A stretch of 64,000 nt of DNA from Paramoeba atlantica (GCA_977017575.1 CDRNVI010000071.1:124001-188000), one strand, 5' to 3'; positions 9,848 to 21,406 are shown, counted from the first letter of the stretch. The notes: a model not told the origin generated them from the letters alone. Numbers and translations are program-made.

Positions 9848-11698
9848 TCACAGCGTTTCAGAATCCTTGCCCTTTTCTGATCCCCGTTTTCGGTTTTCCG
9901 AACCTGATTCTGCCCCAGCTCCCGTTTTCTCCACCCCCTCCTGCCCCTTCTCCCCCTCTTTCCCCCGCTCTCCAGACTCTTTATTCTCCCACACTTCAAT
10001 AAACGCCTCCCCGGCGGTACCATCGTCACGCTCCACCCCTCGTCGAATGTGAAACCGACCCCGGGCGGTGTCCCGCAGCAACCTCACGGTGGGATACCCC
10101 ACCGAGAGAAGATACGGTACCACATCTAAGGGAATCTCATCGAGTATCTCTACCGGGAGAGTACTCAGAAGATATTTAAGCGGCCACCGGGTGCCATCCT
10201 CCGGGAGTGCCTGCCGTACCGACTCCGCCACCATATCCTCCGTGATGTGAATATAAGAGGTGTGACGACGACGTACCGAGAGGCGTAACTCCTCCGGGGG
10301 CAAATTAAGCCCCCCCGTGGCCGTCGTATTCGCGGAAGACGACCCACTTGCCCCCGCCCCACTACTCCCCACCCCTTTTGCCACATAGCTCGGGTAGGCG
10401 TTCTTCACCGCCCGGCTGTAGGGGATCGTCACCTCAAACACATCCTTGTGCTTGCGTAGCCAGGCCACGATCCCCCCGTAGTACGCCGCCTCCTTGACCG
10501 CCCCCTTGGTGAGCCTTCTCGCGATCACCCCGAGCTGGACGTAGTGCCGCGGCACGGTGCATTTCAGCACCTGAAACAGCAGCGGGGTGCGACACAGTGC
10601 CGCCGGTGGGGCCCCCACCACCCCTTTCCCATCCATGACCAGAAACCCCGAGAGGTGGGCCTGGCACACCGCAATAAACTTCTCCAGCGGGAGTTTATGC
10701 GAGACCTCGGGGGGGACATTCACGTGGAAGGCCTTCCACGCCACGTGCCGGCGCCACTGCTGGTTCAGCACACTCGCGAGCGTGGCGTGGGCGAGCATGG
10801 CGTTCTCCATCGCCACGTCGGTGCGGATCCGACCGAGGTCGGGGATATCCACCCCGCGACGGAGACGCTTGATCGTGTGCCGACACCCCACCCCCGCCTT
10901 GGACTCGAGAAAGTCATTGAGGTACGGCAGGATGGCCCCCCACCGCGTCGGGATGTGTCGCTCCCGGACCTCCGCGGGGATCAGGGTGATGAGATCCGGC
11001 GCAATGGTCCAGTGCAGCGGGAGGTACCGCACAAGGAACATGGAGTGGTAGTGGAGGGTCTCCGGGGAGGCGGTGGGGCCCCCGCGGGGTCGCCCCACCC
11101 CCTCGAGCTCCTCCGCCTCCTCACTCTCGCTCACCTCCAGCTCCTTGGCGTCGGGGAGGGCGCTGACCTCCGCCTTGCGCGCCACAAGCATCCCCAGCGG
11201 GGAGAGGGTGAAGCGGGAGGGGAAGGCTTTCAGCACGGAGGCGATGCCGCCGTACTTGCGGATCTCTTTACGGTCCGAGGAGCGCAGGGAGCCGTAGAGG
11301 GTGCTGACCCCCGTGGAGGGGTGACCCTGTAGCGTGGCCTCGAGACGCTGTAGGATATCCACTGGACAGCCCTCGGGGTTGTCGAATTTTTGAGCCGGGG
11401 GGGCGCCGGGACGGGGGTCCCCGGGCTCGGGTTGCGTACCCACGACCTCGGCACCGGTGTAGTCGGCCCGGGAGACGGTTAACAGGTTTTTCACCCCCAC
11501 CGCTTTGAGGTTAAACACCTGCGGGTGGGCGCGGATAAAGTCCTTTAGACTTCCGTGGTCGGTGGCGATGGTTTCCATGACGGCGTCGGGGAGAAGGCGG
11601 GAGAGTTGAGCCAATGTCACTACGTCGTTTGGGGGGACAGCGGCGACGACGGTGGATACAACCCGTTCGCATAAGAGGTAGAGGTGTCGTCGAAACAT
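9848..11698 (-). CDS. Hypothetical protein with repeated winged-helix/LOTUS-like motifs, possibly mitochondrial
   Basis: 616-aa ORF from the first ATG (MFRRHL); repeats GSLKDFIRAHPQVF, GGIASVLKAFPSRF and GGIVAWLRKHKDVF. Confidence 0.6.
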   Translation of the reverse strand: MFRRHLYLLCERVVSTVVAAVPPNDVVTLAQLSRLLPDAVMETIATDHGSLKDFIRAHPQVFNLKAVGVKNLLTVSRADYTGAEVVGTQPEPGDPRPGAPPAQKFDNPEGCPVDILQRLEATLQGHPSTGVSTLYGSLRSSDRKEIRKYGGIASVLKAFPSRFTLSPLGMLVARKAEVSALPDAKELEVSESEEAEELEGVGRPRGGPTASPETLHYHSMFLVRYLPLHWTIAPDLITLIPAEVRERHIPTRWGAILPYLNDFLESKAGVGCRHTIKRLRRGVDIPDLGRIRTDVAMENAMLAHATLASVLNQQWRRHVAWKAFHVNVPPEVSHKLPLEKFIAVCQAHLSGFLVMDGKGVVGAPPAALCRTPLLFQVLKCTVPRHYVQLGVIARRLTKGAVKEAAYYGGIVAWLRKHKDVFEVTIPYSRAVKNAYPSYVAKGVGSSGAGASGSSSANTTATGGLNLPPEELRLSVRRRHTSYIHITEDMVAESVRQALPEDGTRWPLKYLLSTLPVEILDEIPLDVVPYLLSVGYPTVRLLRDTARGRFHIRRGVERDDGTAGEAFIEVWENKESGERGKEGEKGQEGVEKTGAGAESGSENRKRGSEKGKDSETL

Positions 11699-12136
11699 GA
11701 GGAAGGGGGGTGGGAAAGTACCCTGAGGATTGAGGGTGGGGTTAAAGAGCAAGAAAAAAGAGCAATTTCTAAAGAGAAAGAAAGAGAATAAAAGACAGTG
11801 AGACAGAAAAGGTACAGATATGTTTTTTTTTGCATGGATGAATAGTCAAGGAGAGTGGAAAATTCACAGAAAACAGATGATAAAATCGTTAGTTGTGTCG
11901 GTGTTTCTCAGTTTTTGTTAGAGAGAAAGTAGCAGTTAAGCAAGAATGGGTATCCGTTCGTCAAACTTTCGGTCCTAAGAGGATACATGTTGTCGTAGCC
12001 CAACAAGGCTTTCACAACTGCACCTGAAAATGCTTCCTGAAAAGAGTAGAGGTAGCCGATGTCCACAAGATTTTATATGCCAGAAAACGAAGGATTGCCC
12101 CCTACCATTTTCCTTCGCGAGTCGAATGGTGTTCGC

Positions 12137-15100
12137 TCACTGTAAATTCTTAAGCTTTAGACCTGGTAAGCGCTTGTTTGGCTTGTGTTCTGTTTGTTCC
12201 ATCGCGCACACGATTCCAAAACTGGGATGAAGAAGTACGTAGGGGTTGTAGTGTAACGCGTGGTGTTCTAGCTCATACTGGGCGTTCAAACACACCACAC
12301 CGTGTACCACCACGGGACGCTGACTCTTTACGTAGTTGCAAACCTCATCCCAAGTAGACTCCGGGCATTTGTAGTACCGCACCACGAATGTTTCCTTTGG
12401 TACAAAGTCGATGAAACACACCGATAAGCTCTTGGGCGCTTGCGGTTTCGTGGGGTCGCCCTTTGTTTTTTCTACTGGAGAACCTTCCCCGGGAACGGTT
12501 ATGGAAAACTGCACCACCTGCTGGGTGCCGACATATCCACGTTCGACTTCACTGACATGTCCCGCGAGTACAATACGGTTCACGCAGAGAGGAGAGGCGG
12601 CGACGGGGTTCACGAGCATCCGCATCCGGGCCTCCTCCTCTCCGAGATACTCCGAGTTGGAAGACGCGGCACGGAGCGCACGGTCCTGCCCGGCAGCAAA
12701 AACCCCCGCGACGTGTTCCGGACTCCGTGCGTTCTCTGTGAGCGAAGAGGGCAGAGAGGAGAGAGCGGGTAGTCCCTGTGTCGCGGAGGGGGTGGTACCG
12801 CCAGCTAGCATAGGCGAGGCGCCAGAAAAACCGTAAACATCCACTGCCCCTCCCTCCGGGAATAGCGGCATCGAGGTGGTGAAGTCCTGACCCGATAAAC
12901 CACCACCCTGTAGCTCGGAGGGCATCCCACCGAACGCACGTAGCACATCCGGGTGAACCGCTTTTAAGTGTTTCACCAGCGCGGTCTCGAGGCGGAATGT
13001 TTTTCCACACGCACAACACGTGGAGCGGGTCTCGGTGGTGGGCACGCCCGTGACTCCAGAAAAAGGAGAATCCGGCGGAATCGCTCTCTTTGCAATCTCC
13101 TCCGCCTCTCCTTCCAACGGGATCGGTTCTGCCGCACTCCCTCCCTTTTTCCACAAACTACTCACCGCGGAGCTCTTCGCATCCACCTCCGCGAACTGGG
13201 ACTTGCAATTCACCACCGTCCCGGAGGTATACGGGTTAAACGAGATCTGATTCCCCAACGTGTCACCTGACAAGATCCCCCCACTAATCCCCGTGGCGGC
13301 AAGATTCCGCAGTGACCCCGGGGCATACACCATCCCCGCAACCCCTTTCCCCGTCTCCGTACCCCCCACCGCCCCCTCACCCCCGGAGCCGAACTCACCC
13401 CCCACCCCCCCACCCGTCATTGACGTCCCCGACGGTGACGGGTTCACCATCGGGTTCATCATAAACGGGGCGGAGGGGGATGCTGTTGTTGTTGTTGTTG
13501 TTGCTGTTGTTGTTGTCGTAGCCACTCTCCCCATCCCCCTCCCCCTTCCCTCCCCTTGCAACACCCTCCCCATCCCCTCCACGCTGCCGAGGGTGGGGTT
13601 ACGCCCGAGGGCCTCTGTGGAGGCAGCGGCGTGGGGGGAGAGGACCCCGATGTTGGGGGGGGCAAAGGGACTGGGGCCCCCGCCGGGGACCCCCGGGGGG
13701 GAGAGGGGGGGGTAGTCGTCCAGGGAGGGCGTAGGGGTAGTAGTCGTAGGGGGAGTACTACTACTACTACTACTAGAGTAAGTGGAGGGAGCAGACGTAG
13801 TAGAGGGCAGGATAGCGGAGAGACCTGAGGGGGAGGCGGTGAAGGGGGAGGTCTCTAAGGCAGGGGTAGGGGTAGGGGTAGGGGTAGTGGTGGTGGGGTA
13901 GGGGGATGGAGGTGAGTTGAACGGAACGAAGGGGGAAGACAATGGAGCGGAAGGGAAGATTCCGAATGGAGAGGGGGAGGAGGGGGAGGGGGTGGTGTTG
14001 GTACCGGGGGTGTTGACTCCGGTAGAGGGTGATGGGGGGGAGGAGCGGGGGAAGGGGTCAGGAGGGATGGAGGAGGGCGTGGGGAAGGCAGAAGGGGGTG
14101 GGGTAAAGGGGGAGGAGGGGGGAGTGGGGGTGGTGAAGGGGTTCGTGGGGCTTGAGGAGGGTGGAAACGGGGAGGCGGGGGGAGAGGTTGTGGGGGAGGA
14201 GAAGGGAGAGGGAGACATGGGGGAGGTCCCCGGTATGGAGGGGGTACTTGGGACAGTGCCCGGTGGTAGGTTGCCTCCATGCATGGCTCTCCCTGTTTGT
14301 GGGAAATGCCCTGTCGTATTCTGTCCGGTGGTACTACCTGCGGTAAAAGGGTTTTGTGCGGAGATAAACGGATTTTCCTGACCCGGGAGGGGAGCACCTC
14401 CGAAGGGAGAGGGTAGCCCTGTGGCATTAGGAAGCATCCCAGGGCTACCTGATGCGGCTTGGGAAATTCCTGCAGGGCTACCTCCGACGGGAGCAGCTCC
14501 CCCATGCTCCACTACCATATGGTTTTTTAGTGCCACAGCAAAACGAAACGTTCGTCCACAGTGAGGACACTGGTTATTGTCCGGGGTTCCCGAGGGGGGG
14601 AAAGACGTTGATCCAAAGGGAAAGGCAGTACCCGAGCTGCCGGGTACTGTGGAGGCCGGAACTGTCTGTGCGTGCTCAGTTGTAGCTGAGGAGGTTGCTC
14701 TGAAGTATGAAGGACCAGAGTCGCTTTTTTCTTGGGAGAGATGGGGGTAAAGCCTGCGATGGGGATGTCCGGATGGGGGATAGGCAACCTCTGGAGTGAG
14801 AGGAGTTTGATGCTTTTTGTGCGCTTCCTCCAGCAACTCTTTGGCATAGTCAGAAGTATTGGCGCGGAAAGAGGTAACGTATGCACTAGTAGACGAAAAG
14901 CTTATCCATCGACGAGGGTGAACAAAAAACGAAAACGTGGTGCGCTGCACCCTGTGTGTCTGAACTCGAAAACCAAATTTTGTGGGTGAAACACTATAGC
15001 AAGGAAGATAAAGGGTGCAGGACAAGCTACAAAAGTTCCTCGCGTTCGAAGGTGAACACCCTTGTATGAGACAAAGCCTACTAGAAGTGGCATGACTCAT
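12137..15100 (-). CDS. RNA-editing complex KREPA1/A2/A3-type protein (two C2H2 zinc fingers plus C-terminal OB fold)
   Basis: CPHCGRTF...HMVVEH; CCACGKTF...HLKAVH; CVNRIVLAGHV...VVQFSI...VHGVVCLN...YNPYVLL. Confidence 0.8.
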   Translation of the reverse strand: MSHATSSRLCLIQGCSPSNARNFCSLSCTLYLPCYSVSPTKFGFRVQTHRVQRTTFSFFVHPRRWISFSSTSAYVTSFRANTSDYAKELLEEAHKKHQTPLTPEVAYPPSGHPHRRLYPHLSQEKSDSGPSYFRATSSATTEHAQTVPASTVPGSSGTAFPFGSTSFPPSGTPDNNQCPHCGRTFRFAVALKNHMVVEHGGAAPVGGSPAGISQAASGSPGMLPNATGLPSPFGGAPLPGQENPFISAQNPFTAGSTTGQNTTGHFPQTGRAMHGGNLPPGTVPSTPSIPGTSPMSPSPFSSPTTSPPASPFPPSSSPTNPFTTPTPPSSPFTPPPSAFPTPSSIPPDPFPRSSPPSPSTGVNTPGTNTTPSPSSPSPFGIFPSAPLSSPFVPFNSPPSPYPTTTTPTPTPTPALETSPFTASPSGLSAILPSTTSAPSTYSSSSSSSTPPTTTTPTPSLDDYPPLSPPGVPGGGPSPFAPPNIGVLSPHAAASTEALGRNPTLGSVEGMGRVLQGEGRGRGMGRVATTTTTATTTTTTASPSAPFMMNPMVNPSPSGTSMTGGGVGGEFGSGGEGAVGGTETGKGVAGMVYAPGSLRNLAATGISGGILSGDTLGNQISFNPYTSGTVVNCKSQFAEVDAKSSAVSSLWKKGGSAAEPIPLEGEAEEIAKRAIPPDSPFSGVTGVPTTETRSTCCACGKTFRLETALVKHLKAVHPDVLRAFGGMPSELQGGGLSGQDFTTSMPLFPEGGAVDVYGFSGASPMLAGGTTPSATQGLPALSSLPSSLTENARSPEHVAGVFAAGQDRALRAASSNSEYLGEEEARMRMLVNPVAASPLCVNRIVLAGHVSEVERGYVGTQQVVQFSITVPGEGSPVEKTKGDPTKPQAPKSLSVCFIDFVPKETFVVRYYKCPESTWDEVCNYVKSQRPVVVHGVVCLNAQYELEHHALHYNPYVLLHPSFGIVCAMEQTEHKPNKRLPGLKLKNLQ

Positions 15101-15351
15101 TGTGAGCGGCACGATTCAGTTCAAGCACAAAGACGATGCGATGAAATACGAACAAACTGTCAACCTCTGGGAACCATCTATTTTTGTGTTGTATGAATAA
15201 CAGACATAAAATTGTTTTAAGGAATCTTTTTTTCAGTGTTTGAGGAAATTTATAAAATAAATGACCCAAATTCATGACCAACCACCCTCACCCAGCCCAG
15301 CGACCCCCACCCGCTCAAACACCCCCTCCCCCCTCCAACCACCCTCCCGAA

Positions 15352-15433
15352 CCAAATCTCTGTTACTGGGGGTCAGCCCAAAAATGGTCAAATCTCTGTT
15401 ACTGGGGGGGTCTATTACTGGGGGGGTATACGG
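15352..15433. mobile_element. Right end of MITE G (also at about 53315-53366; full copy at 60449-60767)
   Basis: CCAAATCTCTGTTACTGGGGG repeats ending TATACGG|TA. Confidence 0.7.
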
Positions 15434-15442
15434 TAATAATAA

Positions 15443-16280
15443 TTAGGCTCTTCGTTAAACGCGGTGGTTGTTTTCAACTTAGAAGTCACTCATGCTGCGC
15501 GCTTCGCGTTGAAAACTACCACCGCGTTTAACGAAGAGCCTAAAAAAGAAAAATTGGCCGGGGACTCTGAAGAAAACGGAAGGATTTGAGCCAAAAATAA
15601 ACAATTTTTAGGTAAAAATGGAGTGATTTTTGTGTATTTTTGCCCTTAGAGCACTAAATTCGACTTTTGCGTGTGGGAAAACACTCGTAGGCATGTATTC
15701 GAGGCTACAGAACGTATTGGGTAGAGAATGCGACTCCAACAACACCATTCTTCCGACCCAAAAAGACCCCTTTGGGTCCGAAAATTACTTTTTCGCTTTT
15801 TTTCGTCAAAAATGGGTCATTTTGGGAGGCGTACCACGGTTTCATGAAGCGACATCTCGCGAAAACAATGGCGCAGAATGCTAGAATAGGTCACAAACTA
15901 TCAAAATACAATAGAGGAAACAATTTTGGAAAAATATTTTTTTTACCATTTTTTTCGTCAAGTTGAAATTTTTTTCAAAAAAAAAATCCGAAAAAATCCG
16001 AACTTGACGGACCCGTCCTGCACATACGAGGGGGGGTCACCCCCGAGTAGGGGGGTGGAAAATGTGCGCCAAGATCCCGGCTACCACTTCTGCGCTTTTA
16101 TTTTGAAAAATAATTTTTTCAAAAAAGTTTCGTGCAGTATGCCCCCCACTGGACCCTCAAGGGTCCGAATTTTTTTGAAAATTTTTGGACCACCGAAGCC
16201 CCTTTTATATATTTTTCTTCTATTATATTACTGTGTTCCTCTTTATATTTTCACTGTTTTTGTTCACATTTTTTTCAATT
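15443..16280 (-). mobile_element. Family A element, tandem copy 1
   Basis: 101-bp hairpin with 36-bp arms at 15443-15543; body homologous to 16281-17162. Confidence 0.8.
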
Positions 16281-17162
16281 TTAGGCTCTTCGTTAAACGC
16301 GGTGGTTGCTTTCAACTTAGAAGTCACTCATGCTGCGCGCTTCGCGTTGAAAACTACCGCCGCGTTTAACGAAGAGCCTAAAAAAGAAAATTTAGCCTGG
16401 AAAACGGAACGATTATAGCCAAAAATAGCCGAATTTCGGGTAAAAATGGGGTGATTTTCGCGTATTTTTGCTCTCAGAGCACTAAATCCGACATTTGCGC
16501 GTGGGAAATCACTCGTAGGCATGAATAGAAGCCTACCGAACGTATTGTGTAGAGAATGCGACTCCAACCATACCATTCTTTCGACACAAAAATGCCCCTT
16601 TAGGTCCGAAAAATACGTTTTCACCTTTTTTCGTCAAAAATGGGTCATTTTGAGGGGCGCACCACGGTTTGAAGAAGTGATACCTTGCGAAAACAACTGC
16701 GGAGAAAGCTAGTGTAGGTCCCAAACTATCAAAATACAATAGGGGAAACGATTTTGGAAAAATATTTTTTTTGCCATTTTTTTCGCCAAGTTGAAATCTT
16801 TTTAAAATTTTTTTTTCCGAAAAAATCCGAACTTGGAGGACCCGTCCTGCGGAAACGCGGGGGGGTCACCCCCGAGTAGGGGGGTGGAAAATGCGCGCCA
16901 AGACCCCGGCTACCCTTTCTGCGGTTTTTTTTCGAAAACTAATTTTTTCGAAAAAATTTGCTCGACCATGACCCCCCCCCTGGACCCCCCCCATGGACCC
17001 CCCATTTTTTTCAACTTTTTTTTCAGTTTTGGACCACCGGAGCCCCCTTTTATATTTTTTTCTTCTATTATAGTACTGTGTTCCTCTTTATATTTTCACT
17101 GATTTTGTTCACTTTTTTTTCAATAATCGAGTGTAGAGCGGTAGTTTTACAACCACCGCAAT
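16281..17162 (-). mobile_element. Family A element, tandem copy 2, complete
   Basis: Long hairpin at 16281-16381; ends GCGGTAGTTTTACAACCACCGCAAT. Confidence 0.8.
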
Positions 17163-17438
17163 TTTATTATAATATAATAGAAGAAAAATATATACCGTGA
17201 CCCCCCTTAGTTATCTGTCATTTTTGGTTCAAAATCGGGTTTTTTTTTGATAAGTAGTATAGGTTTTTCGATTCGAGACGATTGGGTCGAAAAACAGTCC
17301 CATATCAAATATTTCGAAAATCGAACAAAATACAAGACCTGTAGGGGGGGGGGTAAATGAAGCTGGACAGGGGTGTATGGACGGTACGAACGCAAAATTA
17401 TGCGCCGATCACTTGTGCTCGAGCAAACGATCTTATAA

Positions 17439-17765
17439 AGAATAATATGCCCATGTTTCACAGAGGCGGCATGGGAAACTTATATGACACACGAAAATTA
17501 CAAGTGGCCTGGAGGAGCTTGTACGGACATTGAATGATGGGAGAAAGTAGGGCGCTACGATTTTCCGGAAGTCTACCCTCTGGCGCAACATTATCTGTTT
17601 GTCCCGCCGGTTGTCACATATTGTGATTCTCTGCTTTCAATGATGACACACATGTATAATTCTAGGCAAGCGTCCATGACTCCCGGAAACGTTTCAATGC
17701 AAATGCTTCTTCACGCCAACAGCAAGTCTGTCGCGGAACTCATGGATATGACATCCGTTCTTTAG
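17439..17765 (+). pseudogene. hAT transposase C-terminal dimerisation-domain remnant
   Basis: DIE*WEKVGRYDFPEVYPLAQHYLFVPP...SRQASMTPGNVSMQMLLHAN. Confidence 0.6.
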
Positions 17766-17769
17766 CAAT

Positions 17770-18080
17770 TTTTAGTATTAAGCAGCCAGGTATCAGCAAC
17801 CCTGTATAGTATTTTTAGAGCACACATCCACAGCTCTGTTTATAAAATAATAGTATTAAAATCTCTGTTTGTTTCTATCCTCTCATCGTATCTAAGGGTT
17901 TCTGTCGTTTGCCGTGGTGTCGCGAACATGCAATGTTTATCAGTTTTAGTAGTAAGTGACCAGGGATTAGCAACCCTGTAAAACATTTTTAGAGCACACA
18001 TCCACAGCTCTGTTTTCTTAATTATCCTCCCATCTTATCTAAGGGTTTCTGTGGTTTACCCTAGTGTCGCGAGCATGTAA
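17770..18080. repeat. Two diverged tandem units
   Basis: Repeated TTAGCAACCCTGTA...TTTTAGAGCACACATCCACAGCTCTGTTT and TCTAAGGGTTTCTGT. Confidence 0.65.
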
Positions 18081-18589
18081 TATACAGGATCGAGGGCTAG
18101 TGATTAAATGTGTATACAATATGTGTATAAACTTATGCATTACATGTACATGTAAATATAATCTAAAATATATTTAAGTTAGTATGTATTATATTTTATT
18201 ACATTCCGTTACCATGATATTCTAGTAGCAGTAGTAAGAGATCCTTGTTCTCACCCCTTCTCTTCACCCCTTGTCACCGTGCCGTACCATCAACCCTTGA
18301 TATCACTCCTGTCAGCACCATCCTTAGTACTGGTTCATGAAGTGGTTCATTGGTTCATGAACCACCAAGGTATGACTCTTCCAACTCTTGTTGGATAGTG
18401 CTATTCTTTACGACGAGGATGTCCTATCATACGAGGGTTGAAAACTATGAAAGACAAAACATGACAAAACCCGCATATTACTCATTGAAGTGGCGAAGAA
18501 AAGTACTGTCAAAAATAGTGAAGAGCATACTTGGTCTCCATTGTGCGCTGCGGAATATTTTTGCGCTGAAAAAATGAAAATTTTGCAAA

Positions 18590-18870
18590 ACAAAAAATTC
18601 AAAAAAAAATCCCCAGAAGGGATAGCCGAGGTCTTAGCGCGCATTTTCCACCACCCTACCTTGGGTTGACCCCCTCTGGTATCCGCAGGGCGAGTAGGCC
18701 AAGTTCGATTTTTTGCGGAAAACGTTCTTAAAAAAACGTTTTTTGGAAATACAGGTAGTTTCGCCTATTGTACTTTAAGAGTTTGGGACCTATACTAGCT
18801 TTCTACACCTTTGTTTTCACAAGATACCCCTTCTTAGAACCGTGGAATGCTTCCTAAAATGACGCCCTAA
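18590..18870 (+). repeat. Internal fragment of family A
   Basis: Reverse-complement similarity to about 16650-16930. Confidence 0.6.
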
Positions 18871-18997
18871 AACATAGGTGTTCTAGAAAAACCAGGCAAA
18901 ACTTGGCAAAACCCGGCAAAACTTGACAGTTTTCAACCCTCTAAGTGTCCCATTTACAATTTGTTTTGTATGGCAAATAATTATCCTGAAATAAAAG

Positions 18998-20259
18998 CTA
19001 TACTTCACATATGCTTGTGCGATCGATCACCACCGTATGCAGAGTTTTAGGGAGAAGCGTCTTGTCAAGTACTCCGTGCAACTGAATGTTATTTTCCAAA
19101 CATAGTCTTTGCATGTGTGTAGGTAAGTTGTCAAAACGTACTTCGCCTTCGAAAGTATTGTCACTACAGTAAAGCATTTCTAACGACTGAGGTAGTCTCT
19201 GTAGATTAAGAGATCCAGTAAACATGTTCTGCCCCAGATGTTATGATCATACGCTCGTGGCGCAGAGATACGTCTCTCTGTGTGACGGCCGATACCATCG
19301 GCGCATGACCCGCATACGACGGGTGTCACACAGAGAGTGGAGTGCGAGGTAGGAGACGAGACGCCCATCGGTCATGCTACAGCACGTATAGCCATGGTTC
19401 ATGCTGCAACACGGTCAAGCCGTGGGTTCATGCTGTCAGATGGTCTATCGTGGATCATGATGCATCATGGGGAGGTCCGTTACCGCCGCACTCGCTACAG
19501 CATGTAGGGAGAGAGGGGTGCAAGTTCGCATCCCCTATACACGCATACAACGTGTCCTCCCGCTGTAGCACGCCCAGTGGTCCTCAAGGGAGGCCACCAT
19601 GGCGCATAGCTCCCGGGAGAAGAAAGCACGAGAAGGAGAGAGCCGGGGAGGGAAGATAGATATATGAGATTTCTCATACACGACGGTAAACAGGTCAAAT
19701 TTATGTTTCCTGAAAATTTGTTGTCATTAAGACTCAGATGTTGTAGACTCGCAGGAAGATGTGCTAGATCTACATTCCCTTCAAAACAATTCGCAGAACA
19801 ATAGAGTATCCTTAGCATGTGGGGCAAATGCTGCAGATCCAAATTACCCATAAATTCGTTCCTCCCGATTTCTATTTCACGCAAAGGTGTGGGCAAAATA
19901 CCTGTGGAGAATGGCCCTGTAAGTTTATTAACGTAAAAATTGCACGCGTATACGGTTTGTGGTAATGAATCCCACTGCGGTGTCCCTGTAAGTGCCATCA
20001 TATACCAATTGAGTCCCGTCACGTGTAAGTGATCGGCGCACGTTACTCCTGCCCACCTACAAGCTGGTGTGGATGTATTCCATGTGTGATGCGGATTTTT
20101 AATGTCCACAATGAATTGGACAAGCTCATATTCCTGAGGCAATTTCGCTCCTCGTACTTTTCCCGCCCGACTACGATACTGTGCGGCATCTGTATCATCA
20201 GCTGCGGTGTATGAACATAACAAGGTCGTGGATTTCAACGTGAAAATGCGTGAACTCAT
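18998..20259 (-). pseudogene. LRR family gene disrupted by a family B insertion
   Basis: LPQEYEL...TPACRWAGVTC N-cap and LP-type LRRs; removing 19242-19666 restores MRNLHLGQNMFTGSL. Confidence 0.8.
19242..19656 (-). mobile_element. Family B element, 5'-truncated (no SL head)
   Basis: Near-identical to 28837-29250; same terminus TATGATCATA. Confidence 0.85.
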
Positions 20260-20469
20260 CTGGTTCTCAAAGGAACATACAAAAGAAAACATTAAACGAT
20301 GAGGGAAGTAAATGTTTTCAAAATAAGTATTGAAGACTTGTAACAAATAAGCGTCACGAAATCAGATATCACTAAACGAAATTATGGTGTAGCGGTGTGA
20401 AAGATTTTTTTTTATGTAAAGTCCTGTTTTGGGCCCGAAAATGCAAAAAAAGGGTCTTTATTTTTTTAT

Positions 20470-20590
20470 ATCGGGCTTTACTTAATTACGGAATTTCTTA
20501 ATTACGGTTAACGCTTAAAATTTCGTCGATTTTAACCTTAAATAGGTTAACCGTAATTAGGGAGTAACCGTAATTAAGAAATTCCGTAAA
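20470..20590. repeat. Foldback repeat
   Basis: ACGGAATTTCTTAATTACGGTT...AACCGTAATTAAGAAATTCCGT; related motif at 23245-23295. Confidence 0.65.
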
Positions 20591-20783
20591 TAGGGAAAAT
20601 GGGCTATGCATTGACCGCACCGAATTTCAACATCAATGAAACGATAACAATCAATCATCAATATCGTGCATCTTATACCCACTAGATTCGTTGTAGCTTT
20701 CTAGTGGTATCCTCATCATCGTTGCGTTCCCCGTAGCCAAATCCAAGCTATAATGTTTCCAAGCCCCTCGTAATGCAATTACA

Positions 20784-20960
20784 TATTCTTTTTTAGGCTC
20801 TTCGTTAAACGCGGTGGTTGTTTTCAACTTAGAAGTCACTCATGCTGCGCGCTTCGCGTTGAAAACTACCACCGCGTTTAAAGAAGAGCCTAAAAAAGAA
20901 AAATCGCCAAAAAATCATGAATAATCTAGTTTTTTGGGTGAAAAACCTCCAATCCAAAAA
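20784..20960 (-). repeat. Family A long-hairpin end
   Basis: TTCTTTTTTAGGCTC...GAGCCTAAAAAAGAA. Confidence 0.8.
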
Positions 20961-21406
20961 AATCCAAGTCATTCCGGATCGCTCCGGATGGTCACTGGCA
21001 AGCCAGACCCTTCACAGACAGATTTGGAAGTTCCGAGGCCGACGTCCTCTACCAGTTTCCGCTTGTCCAAGGCGGCACCAACGTGCTGTTGCCAACACGT
21101 TGCGTCGACGAACTGTACGTCAACACGGCTTACCCAAGAGGTGTAAGCCGGGTAAGGGAGCTGGTTCCCTGAGGGGAGGGTCCGGGACGGTCCTCCGAGT
21201 ACCGGGCCTAGTCGGTTCTCAGCCCAGCCTCTTAGAGTGAGGCCGCCGGGAATATTGCGATGAGCGGGTTTGAACTCGCCGTCTGAGCACCATGTGCTTC
21301 AAACTTTGAATTCTTGCCACTCCGACACCTCCGCCTAGCAAGAAGCACAAGCGCAGCTCAGATTTACGAGCAATGGCAACATTGTGTTGCTGAAGAATGT
21401 AAATTA

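Noticed and set aside
8515-14505. Many overlapping and antisense ORFs in the GC-rich genes
   Set aside because: Shadow ORFs caused by high GC content; no recognisable domains
15443-15543. Hairpin plus T-run as a bacterial intrinsic terminator or REP element
   Set aside because: Eukaryotic locus; the hairpin is consistently the end of a longer dispersed element
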